This document shows, one piece after another, positions 20,080 to 28,171 of a stretch of 31,499 nt of DNA. Position 1 is the first letter of the stretch. Every line of letters begins with the position of its first letter. The translations under genes and the position numbers were made by a program. The notes under the pieces were generated by a model that worked only from the letters and a program-made list of their open reading frames with translations, was not told the origin of the DNA and did no database searches. This DNA comes from Vulcanisaeta sp. AZ3 (GTDB lineage: Archaea; Thermoproteota; Thermoprotei; Thermoproteales; Thermocladiaceae), in the NCBI GenBank assembly GCA_000960865.2, contig JZWU02000018.1, positions 1 through 31,499 of the forward strand. Reading direction: 5' to 3'.

Positions 20080-21636
20080 CTAACGAACCCCACCAAATAA
20101 ATCAACCCCCAACTCACCAACAAATCTCAACAACAACCCCCTAAGCACAGCCTTCTCAGCACCAGGAATCTCAATATGATCCCAAGGCAACACACCATCA
20201 AGAGACTTCACAGAATACACATACTTATCAACCAAATCATTATACCTCCTAAGCAATCTCCTCCACGAACCCCTATCCATACTAGTCAACGAAGCATCAA
20301 AAACAACCCTAGCCACATCCCTATCACCAAGCGATAATAAGGCCTGAACCACAGCATCGAAATAATTATACGAAGAGAAAGAATCATAATAACGACTACC
20401 CCGCAACGCCCTAACCCTACCCCTAACCACACCCTCACTCTCCATGGGCAACCACTGCAGAGGAGTATGAGGCTTGGGTATCCACGGATTCACCGACAAA
20501 GAAACACCAACACCAACTCCCCTAAGCCTACCCAAAAGAGTAATTATTGACTTAATATCATCATCAGTCTCCCCAGGCAAACCAACCATAAAATACAACT
20601 TAAGATGAGTAAAACCCAACCCACGCAACTTCACAGCCAAATTAACAACATCATCATCCGAAAAACCCTTACCCAAAAACACCCTAAGCCTCTCACTAGA
20701 CTCAGGAGCAATAGTAAGAACCCTCTGACCACCCTCAGCAATAAGCCCCAACAACTCATCATCAAGAGTATCAACACGAAGCGAAGGCACAGAAACACCA
20801 ACACCAAGCTCACGAACAAGAAACCTCAACAACTCCCTAAAACCTGGATGATCACCAACAGAAAGACCAACAAGAGAAACACCATCAATCAAACCCCTCT
20901 CAACATCCCTAGCCACAACCCTCCTAACACCATCAACACCCACAAACCTAACAGGCCTAGCCACAAAACCCTCCATACAAAACAAACAACCCCTAGGACA
21001 ACCCCTCATAACCTCAACAACCGCCGAACGCCCAAAAACACCAACCCCACTAAGCCTCATGTTAATAGCAGTATCATGAATCAAACCAGTGGAATACGCA
21101 AGGTCCCTAACATAAGCCTTCACAACCCTATGCTTACCAAACGACGGAACATAAAAACCAGGCAAACCAACATAACCCTCCAAATCCCTACCATGAACCT
21201 CATAATTACTCAACAAACTCGGTATCAAAACCTCAGCATCACCAACCAAAACCAAATCTGCAAAAGGCGCCATAGGCTCAGGATTCGCCATCAACGTAGG
21301 CCCACCCATAACAACCAAAGGATCACCATCACCCCTCTCCGAACCCCAAGGACTTATCCCACTCACCTCCATCATCCTAAGAATACGTGGATAATCCAAC
21401 TCATAATGCACCGAAAAAATCACTATATCAAAACTCCTCAACGGAGCACCACTCGCAAGACCCACATACTGATCCCCATCCATAAACACAAAATCCGAAT
21501 AAACATTAGCAAAACCATCAACCAACTTCTTAATCAAATGCACAGACAACGACTGCAAAGCAACCCTAGACGAAGCCGGGTACGCAATAGCTACCTTAAC
21601 CATCCCCCTCCTATAGGATTTACCAACCCCCATCAC
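20080..21636 (-). CDS. Radical SAM protein with a B12-binding-like N-terminal domain; substrate unknown
   Basis: EVMRGCPRGCLFC (CxxxCxxC), FSVHYELDY, MGGP...NPEP, TIAPE, LKLYFMVGLPGET, PKPHTP.QW and LPWDHI. Confidence 0.85.
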   Translation of the reverse strand: MMGVGKSYRRGMVKVAIAYPASSRVALQSLSVHLIKKLVDGFANVYSDFVFMDGDQYVGLASGAPLRSFDIVIFSVHYELDYPRILRMMEVSGISPWGSERGDGDPLVVMGGPTLMANPEPMAPFADLVLVGDAEVLIPSLLSNYEVHGRDLEGYVGLPGFYVPSFGKHRVVKAYVRDLAYSTGLIHDTAINMRLSGVGVFGRSAVVEVMRGCPRGCLFCMEGFVARPVRFVGVDGVRRVVARDVERGLIDGVSLVGLSVGDHPGFRELLRFLVRELGVGVSVPSLRVDTLDDELLGLIAEGGQRVLTIAPESSERLRVFLGKGFSDDDVVNLAVKLRGLGFTHLKLYFMVGLPGETDDDIKSIITLLGRLRGVGVGVSLSVNPWIPKPHTPLQWLPMESEGVVRGRVRALRGSRYYDSFSSYNYFDAVVQALLSLGDRDVARVVFDASLTSMDRGSWRRLLRRYNDLVDKYVYSVKSLDGVLPWDHIEIPGAEKAVLRGLLLRFVGELGVDLFGGVR

Positions 21637-22313
21637 TCACTCTGCAATCCCTGATACGGCCACGACTGATTAATCCTAACCTTTAAAATCACAAGCGGCT
21701 GATTCGACCTCCTAATCTCCATAATCTTACTCAACACCCTCAACCTAACCTCCGTCAAGTTCGTCGCAAATAACCTCAACGTACCCTCCACACCATACTC
21801 ATTAATCAAATCATTAACAACCATCCTAATTATAAAATCAGATATCAAATCCAAACTACAAACCTCACCCTGCCTTATCAACTCAAGAATCACCTCCCTA
21901 CGCAACCTCTCAAGCACCCTCTTAGGAACCCTCTTCATTAAAGAATCAATACTCATCACATCAGCCTCACTAGCCTCCTCCTGCTCCCTCTCATTAAACA
22001 CCAACTTAACCCTCTGCCTCCACTTAACAATCCACCAACTAAACCACTCATCAACCAAATTAATCACATCAGCCTCATTACTCAAAACCCTCTTACACAA
22101 CTCAAACGAAGCCTCCTTATCCTCAAGATTAAACAAACCAAACTTATAAAGTAAGTAATACGTCAAATCCTGATAAGCATAATTTGTTAAGAATCCCTGC
22201 TCACCCTCATCAATATCACTATTTAACAATAATACCCGTTGTTGTATCATAGAAATCAACTTTCTATCACTAAGACCCTCCCTACAAGCCGTTTCCAAAT
22301 CGTAATTCACCAC
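21633..22313 (-). CDS. Hypothetical protein (helical; WFSWWIVKWRQRVKL motif)
   Basis: 226-aa ORF with host-like codons and a TATA box upstream; its stop overlaps the radical SAM start (GTGA). Confidence 0.75.
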   Translation of the reverse strand: MVNYDLETACREGLSDRKLISMIQQRVLLLNSDIDEGEQGFLTNYAYQDLTYYLLYKFGLFNLEDKEASFELCKRVLSNEADVINLVDEWFSWWIVKWRQRVKLVFNEREQEEASEADVMSIDSLMKRVPKRVLERLRREVILELIRQGEVCSLDLISDFIIRMVVNDLINEYGVEGTLRLFATNLTEVRLRVLSKIMEIRRSNQPLVILKVRINQSWPYQGLQSE

Positions 22314-22371
22314 AAATACCCCATTCTAATCTTATTTTATAAAATATTTAAACATTTAGCCCATGTTCTAT

Positions 22372-23190
22372 TTAATTACGACTAAATATTTTATCTATAT
22401 CCATAAACTCACTAAGAATCTTCATAGTCACACTATAAGCCGATAGAGAAAAATTCACCCTGTAGTTAAGGTAATTAATAATACGAGAAACACCATCAGG
22501 ATACAAAACCCAACGAGGCCCCAAAACCCCATAATCAACACTAAGCAAAAACAAACCATAAGGAGGAGCAGGCGGCACAGGCCTCCTAACCCTACCACTA
22601 ATCAACTCCGCAAGCTCATCAACACTCAACACACCAAGCCCAACCAACCTCAATGAATTCACAATCTTCCTAATCATCCTATTCCTAAAACCCCTACCCC
22701 TAATCACAAAAACAACCACAGAACCCTCCCTACGAACAGAAACATCATAAATCGTAACAACACTCGGAACACCCCTCTCCCTGACCTGGAAATTAATGAG
22801 GTCATGAGTACCAACAAAAAGCCCAGCAGCCCTACCCATCTCACCAACATCCTCATTAAGCCAAGGCATCACATAAACATAAGTCCTACTCACAGCACGC
22901 CTAGCCCTAAAATCCTCACCAACCCTAGCCCACGCCCACGCCCAAACCCCCTCAGGAAGACGCGAATTCACCATACCAGGACTCAAAACAACACCCCCAT
23001 CATACCTCACAGACACCACATTACCAACAGCACTCACACCAGGGTCAGTCCTAGACGCCTTACTCAAAGTAAAACCCCTAACAAAATACCCAATAGCCCT
23101 CCTCAAGTAATACTCCACCGAACCCACACCACCAACAAACCCATTAAACAAAGACCCATCATAAAACACCCTAAACACAACCACAGTCAC
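22372..23190 (-). CDS. truA: tRNA pseudouridine synthase A
   Basis: YDGS.F.G, catalytic SRTD.GVSA, F.GTHD..NF, GF..RMIRKIV and APPYGL.L. GTG 23190 is preferred because the track start at 23232 overlaps the sRNA D box. Confidence 0.9.
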   Translation of the reverse strand: MTVVVFRVFYDGSLFNGFVGGVGSVEYYLRRAIGYFVRGFTLSKASRTDPGVSAVGNVVSVRYDGGVVLSPGMVNSRLPEGVWAWAWARVGEDFRARRAVSRTYVYVMPWLNEDVGEMGRAAGLFVGTHDLINFQVRERGVPSVVTIYDVSVRREGSVVVFVIRGRGFRNRMIRKIVNSLRLVGLGVLSVDELAELISGRVRRPVPPAPPYGLFLLSVDYGVLGPRWVLYPDGVSRIINYLNYRVNFSLSAYSVTMKILSEFMDIDKIFSRN

Positions 23191-23231
23191 AAAACAACAC
23201 AAAACCAAGAACTTAAAAACGAAACGCCCCA

Positions 23232-23280
23232 TCAGCTACCCCAGAAATCGTCACTGATCAGTCGGCATGTCACTCTTCAT
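23232..23280 (-). ncRNA. Box C/D methylation guide sRNA
   Basis: Minus strand: C box ATGAAGA, 12-nt guide GTGACATGCCGA, D' CTGA, tca, C' GTGACGA, 12-nt guide TTTCTGGGGTAG, D CTGA. TATA-like CTTATAAG at 23304-23311. Confidence 0.88.
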
Positions 23281-23359
23281 CCAAACAAAACACCAAACCC
23301 CAACTTATAAGACTTAACCAGAGCTGGATTTATAAACAAGCATCGAAACAACAAAAACC

Positions 23360-23749
23360 GTGAGCACCAGAGACCTAGTCGCAAAGAAAATGGCACAACT
23401 AATGAGAACAGGCGCCACACTAACAAGCTACACATGCCCAGTCTGCGGAACACCACTACTAAAACTAAAAACAGGCGAATACTACTGCGCAAACTGCGAC
23501 AAACCAGTAGTCATAGTCAAATCCGACACAGAGGAAAAAGAAGTCATGATAAAGTACGGCCTACTAGACATAAGAGACACACTATACGAAAGACTCATAA
23601 TGATAAACAACGAACTCAAAGAAACAAAAGACATAGACAAAACAAACGACCTAGTAAAAACCCTAATACTCATACTCGAGGCATACGACAAAATAACACA
23701 AATAATAAACCAAACAACAAAAACAACAAGCGAAACTACGAAGAAATAG
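23360..23749 (+). CDS. UPF0148 / autoantigen-p27-like Zn-ribbon protein
   Basis: KKMAQLMRTGATL....CPVCGTPL......G.YYCANC; TTTATAAA box at 23329-23336. Confidence 0.85.
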   Translation: MSTRDLVAKKMAQLMRTGATLTSYTCPVCGTPLLKLKTGEYYCANCDKPVVIVKSDTEEKEVMIKYGLLDIRDTLYERLIMINNELKETKDIDKTNDLVKTLILILEAYDKITQIINQTTKTTSETTKK

Positions 23750-24781
23750 AAAACCTCAAAAGCGCCACAACACCACCAACACCCCTCAACCTCTCACCAG
23801 CCTCACTACTCACAGGCACAATAAACAAATTAGCCCTAGTCCTCAAAGCCAAACCAGCCAAACCCCTCACCACCTCCCCCAACTCCTTAAAAGTCTCATC
23901 AAGAATCAACAAAGTATCCACAGCACCAAACTCAAGAGCCCTCCTAACCTCCTCAACACCAACAGCAACATCACCACTACCCAAACCCAACCTCCTAAAA
24001 ACCTCATCAACATAACCCTGACCCAAATCCAAATTCAACTTCCTAAGAACATCACCACCAACCCTCAAAAACTCATAAACACCAGCCAAACCACCCTCAC
24101 CCTGCTCAAAATAAATAATAGGAACACCCAAACCACCAAGCCCCTCCTCAACCAAACCCCTAACTAAACTCAAAGTCATATGATTACCAACAACAACAAT
24201 ATGCGTAGGACCAACCAACCCAACCCACTGCTTAACCCGAACCAAGGCACCCCTAAACGAACGCCTAAACCTATCCAACGAATCATCCTCACCTTACCAC
24301 CAACCGAAACAGACACAGAACCCAAAACCTCAACACCAAACCTACGAATCAAAGCCACAGAAACCTCCTCCATAGAAACAGAAACAAGAAGAACCCTCAC
24401 AGAAGCCCCACTAAACAACTCAAGAATCCTACCAATCAACTCCCTATCAACACCACCAGACTTCACAAGCCTATACTCAAGGCCACGCATCAACTCCATA
24501 GTATGATGACTACCCTTAGCACCCTCAAACCACTCAGGAACATCAACAAGAACACCACCAATCCTAAGCGAACCCCTAAAAGCATGAAACTCAAGAGACT
24601 CAACCCTAAGACCAACATAAACCCTAACCCTCTCACCCCTCTCACCACTAGAACCCCTAAACTCCCTAACAGTCCAACCATAAAGTAAATCACCACGATC
24701 AACAATTAAATAAACAACATAAAGATCATCATCACCCTCCACAACAAAATCAACCCAATCCCTACCAAAACCAACCCTCAC
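23736..24781 (-). pseudogene. pelA: mRNA surveillance/ribosome rescue factor Pelota, split by a 1-nt frameshift (real or assembly error)
   Basis: N-part has DDLY......GD....T.R, EFH.F...LRI.G and GSHHT; C-part has V.RALEFGAVDTLLI.D and AGERL...GGVVALLRF. Adding one G at 24292-24293 gives a continuous 348-aa protein from GTG 24781. Confidence 0.85.
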
Positions 24782-24862
24782 AAAACAAGACAAAAACAAA
24801 CAAATAAAAACCACACCAAACCAAAAACCCGATTTTAAAGGACAAACCAACCCTCAAACAAC

Positions 24863-26452
24863 CTATGCCGCATAATCAGGCTCAGCAAACCTCTGCTTCA
24901 AACCAGACCAAATACCAAGCGGGAAGAACACAACAACTGAAACAACAGCAACAATAGCCGTAGCAATATTAAACGGAATAATATTAAGAGCACCATCACT
25001 ACCCACGTACGTCATCAAAACCAAAAACACAATGTAAAAGATATACCAAAGAGAATTCTTAACATGCCTCAAATCCCTACTAGCAGTCCCCCTCGCAAAC
25101 GGCAAAATAACACCAAACACAACCGTAGCAGCAGCCAACAAAATCACCGAATAATAAACAGTAATCCACCCACTCCAAAACACAACCAATGATGAAAACG
25201 CAAAAGCAAGAGCAGCAACAACAATACCCCCAGGCACTTTATACTTAGCAACACCCTGCCTCCTAGTCACTATCATAGCCACAGGATTCACAGCAAAAGC
25301 AAGATACCCAGCCACCACAGCATCCTCAATCAAATTATATATAGTAGGAACAGGAGCAGCAACAAAAGACAAAACAGCACCTATTATAGCAAGAATCAAA
25401 AGCGCCCAATAAGGTATATAATACCTCTTATGAATATCCTTCACAAGCTCAGGCAACACCCTCGACCTACCCTGAGCAAAAACCACCCTAGCACCCCCAC
25501 CAAGATAAATATAACCAACCACAAACGGACCAATTATACCAACTATAATCGTAAGCACCAAAAGCAAAGGAGCACTATAACTATTAGCCAAATAAATAAA
25601 CGGATTACCAGGAATATTACCAACCGCAGCCCAATCACCAGGCTTAATACCCAACCTAGCCCAATCAATACCAGTCACAAAAACCCAATCCAAAAGCAAA
25701 TACACCAAAAGCTGACCAACAACAACAGTAACTATAGCCAAAGGCAAAATCCCAGGATTCCTAGTCTCCTCAGCATAATCAGGAATAACCCTAATACCAC
25801 CAAAGGCAAACATAGCAAACGGAATAGCTAAAAACACCCCAGCAAAACCAAACGGCAAAAACCCATGATAAGCAAATAAATTCCTCGCATCATAAAACAC
25901 AGCCGCAAGAGCAAAACCAAGCGCCACATAAAGAATCAACTTAACAATACCAGTAAAAAACGTAGTCCTACCAAAAGCCCTCACACCAAAATAATTAAAG
26001 GGAATCATCAACACCATAAGCCCCATCGCAACCAAACCACCCAACAAAGTAGGCGCACCAGAACTAGTCACCAAACCAGGATAAAAAACAGCAAGACCCT
26101 CAACAACAGCAAAAGCCTCAATAGGCGGAATAAAAAGATACCAAATAATATTAGCCAAAGAATTAATCAAATTAGTAAACCAACCATGCGTATAAAGCAC
26201 ATACCTAGAAGGACCACCAGCCTCAGGATAAGTATAAGCAAGCTCAGCATAAGTCAACCCAATAAACAAATAAAATATCCCACCCAACAACCACGCCAAC
26301 CAACTCCCAGGCCCAGCAACACCAGTCATCGCAGCAGCACTAAAAAGAATACCAGTCCCCACAGCCCCCGCCACACCAATAATAACCAACTCAGCAAAAG
26401 ACAACTCCCTCTTTAACTGAGCCTGCGACACACCACTAGACCCCATACCCAA
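24863..26452 (-). CDS. APC-family amino acid permease
   Basis: LKRELS, G.AVGTGI, AGP, YAEL...YPEAGG and AEE.RNP motifs with many TM segments; the start is TTG 26452 or ATG 26446. Confidence 0.92.
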   Translation of the reverse strand: MGMGSSGVSQAQLKRELSFAELVIIGVAGAVGTGILFSAAAMTGVAGPGSWLAWLLGGIFYLFIGLTYAELAYTYPEAGGPSRYVLYTHGWFTNLINSLANIIWYLFIPPIEAFAVVEGLAVFYPGLVTSSGAPTLLGGLVAMGLMVLMIPFNYFGVRAFGRTTFFTGIVKLILYVALGFALAAVFYDARNLFAYHGFLPFGFAGVFLAIPFAMFAFGGIRVIPDYAEETRNPGILPLAIVTVVVGQLLVYLLLDWVFVTGIDWARLGIKPGDWAAVGNIPGNPFIYLANSYSAPLLLVLTIIVGIIGPFVVGYIYLGGGARVVFAQGRSRVLPELVKDIHKRYYIPYWALLILAIIGAVLSFVAAPVPTIYNLIEDAVVAGYLAFAVNPVAMIVTRRQGVAKYKVPGGIVVAALAFAFSSLVVFWSGWITVYYSVILLAAATVVFGVILPFARGTASRDLRHVKNSLWYIFYIVFLVLMTYVGSDGALNIIPFNIATAIVAVVSVVVFFPLGIWSGLKQRFAEPDYAA

Positions 26453-26635
26453 ACACCTAAACCTGACAAAACATTCAGCAATTTAAAAGCATTACCTCCC
26501 AATAATGCATAATTAAGTAAAAGTAACAACACACCCCATACAAAATCAAAAAATCAACCACCCTAAAACCACACCAAACAAAATAAGAAGCAAGTAAGAT
26601 TTATAAAGACCCAACCAATATTAAAACCGATATCT

Positions 26636-26893
26636 ATGGGCTGGAGATGGTACTACGGACCACCATGGAGGTACGGACCACCCGGATGGAGATACGGACC
26701 ACCACCAGGATGGTACATATGGTGGAAACTCACAACAAGCACAGAATGGACAACAATCTGGAACGAAATAGCCATAGATGAATTCACAGCAATATCAAAA
26801 TACCTAATAGAAAACTGGGACAAACTAAGCGAAACAGACAAAAACAAAATCAAAGAAATACTCAAAGAACTAAACAAACAAGCCAACACCTAA
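26636..26893 (+). CDS. Small hypothetical protein with N-terminal W(R/Y)YGPP repeats and a helical C-terminus
   Basis: 85 aa; TTTATAAA box about 30 nt upstream of the ATG; MGWRWYYGPPWRYGPPGWRYGPPPGW. Confidence 0.7.
   Translation: MGWRWYYGPPWRYGPPGWRYGPPPGWYIWWKLTTSTEWTTIWNEIAIDEFTAISKYLIENWDKLSETDKNKIKEILKELNKQANT
26654..26703 (+). repeat. Three copies of TACGGACCACC (coding repeat)
   Basis: Exact 11-mers at 26654, 26672 and 26693 (spacing 18 and 21 nt, in frame). Confidence 0.9.
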
Positions 26894-27061
26894 ACAAACA
26901 AAAACCACCCCCAAAAATCAAAACCAACCCATTCTTTCCCCTTCCTTCCCAAATCCAACCCACTCATAATAATTCCTTAATATATAATAATATAACACAC
27001 AAACCACAACACCAAAACAACAAAAACACAAACTCAATAAAATAACAAACCACACAATGAA

Positions 27062-27108
27062 TTCCCAAGCAAACCACCCAGGGGAAAGCCCAGGCGGAAG
27101 CTTGGGAA
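27062..27108. other. GC-rich intergenic hairpin
   Basis: Perfect 9-bp inverted repeat TTCCCAAGC/GCTTGGGAA enclosing a second stem that pairs with G-U on the minus strand. Confidence 0.6.
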
Positions 27109-27178
27109 AGATACAACCCCAACCACACCAACAACGGAAAGAAAACAATTTTAATACTCATCCCTAAAACAAGCAACC

Positions 27179-28051
27179 CTAATCCTCCAATACCAATAAT
27201 TCCCTCACCACATCCTCCACCTCCCTAACAACATTACATAGCTTCAATACTTTATCCGCCAACAACGGCTTTACCGCCCCCCTAATCTCATGAAAAGCAC
27301 CACTAAGCCTAGGCTCCAACAGCTTCTCTGCCCTAACCATATCCCTCTCATTAACAAACACTATATAAAGCCCACGATCCCTCTCCCAAACATCCTTAGC
27401 ATGCTTAAGCCTAGACAACGCCAAATCCACACTGGAAGTATCTATCACCTCAAATATCTTAGTAGGCACCCGACTCGGCGGCCTTATCCACACAACATCA
27501 TACTTATAAACACCATCCGGCGAGGGATACTCCATCTCTACACGGAACCCCCTAACACTACCCAACTCCTCAAGACACCGCTTCACCTCATCATGAAGAC
27601 TCCTCTCAACAACTCGTTGCGAAAGACCAACCTCCTTCGACGTTTCACCTCTGAGCTTGTCTATTATTACCTTGGCGTCTTCCTCTGGTATTGGATTCCT
27701 ACCCACTATGGTGCCTGCCAGGAGTTTCTTCTCTAGTGATGGTAGTTTCCTAACCTCATCATAACTTAACCTGCCAGTGACTACCTCACTAAGCCTGACT
27801 CTATACCTGTAGTTCGCCTCGCCCCTCTTCTCATCAGGCCATAGGGGTGTTTCATCCACGTATTGATCACTAATTACTTCGTAAACCCCCACGATCATGT
27901 TGCATAATTGCCTGCAGCCCTTCTTTGTGATGCGGAAGATTAAGTAGTCGCCCTTTGACACTGGGAGTTCGTTTTTACTGCCGAAGATTTTCTCCCTCCT
28001 CGTTACTTCCCAGTTTTCTTCAGTGATGTTGATAAGCCAGTAATTAGGCAC
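27179..28051 (-). CDS. EVE domain fused to a PD-(D/E)XK-like nuclease; putative modification-dependent restriction enzyme
   Basis: N-terminal YWL....ENW......IFG......KGD.LIF...IVGVYEV.....D.TP.WPDE....Y.YRVRL (EVE/PUA-like). C-terminal H.EVK..L..LG...GF.V..EY......YDVVW.......KIFEV. GTG 28051 fits TATA spacing; the track start is 28069. Confidence 0.75.
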   Translation of the reverse strand: MPNYWLINITEENWEVTRREKIFGSKNELPVSKGDYLIFRITKKGCRQLCNMIVGVYEVISDQYVDETPLWPDEKRGEANYRYRVRLSEVVTGRLSYDEVRKLPSLEKKLLAGTIVGRNPIPEEDAKVIIDKLRGETSKEVGLSQRVVERSLHDEVKRCLEELGSVRGFRVEMEYPSPDGVYKYDVVWIRPPSRVPTKIFEVIDTSSVDLALSRLKHAKDVWERDRGLYIVFVNERDMVRAEKLLEPRLSGAFHEIRGAVKPLLADKVLKLCNVVREVEDVVRELLVLED

Positions 28052-28171
28052 ACATTGCTTACTATGCAATTACTTTTAAACTTTAATAATGAGAAACCAA
28101 TCCAGCATTGCGTATAGTGCTACAGTGATTTTGAATAATATAACGTGAATAATCCCATTTAGTCCTGACTG

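Noticed and set aside
22333-22346. Perfect palindrome TATTTTATAAAATA
   Set aside because: Coincides with the expected TATA box of the 21633..22313 gene; AT-only.
20605-26416. Long plus-strand ORFs (20605..21654, 22804..23310, 23434..24015, 24180..24506, 25430..25831 and others) rich in T/N/P/K/H
   Set aside because: Antisense or off-frame shadows of recognisable genes; the T-poor plus strand suppresses stop codons.
26654-26703. Short direct repeats as a possible mini-CRISPR
   Set aside because: 11-nt repeats with 7-10-nt gaps, in frame within a CDS; no cas genes.
26918-27176. Two small hydrophobic minus-strand ORFs
   Set aside because: Composition is explained by G/T skew; they overlap in different frames with no promoter or motif.
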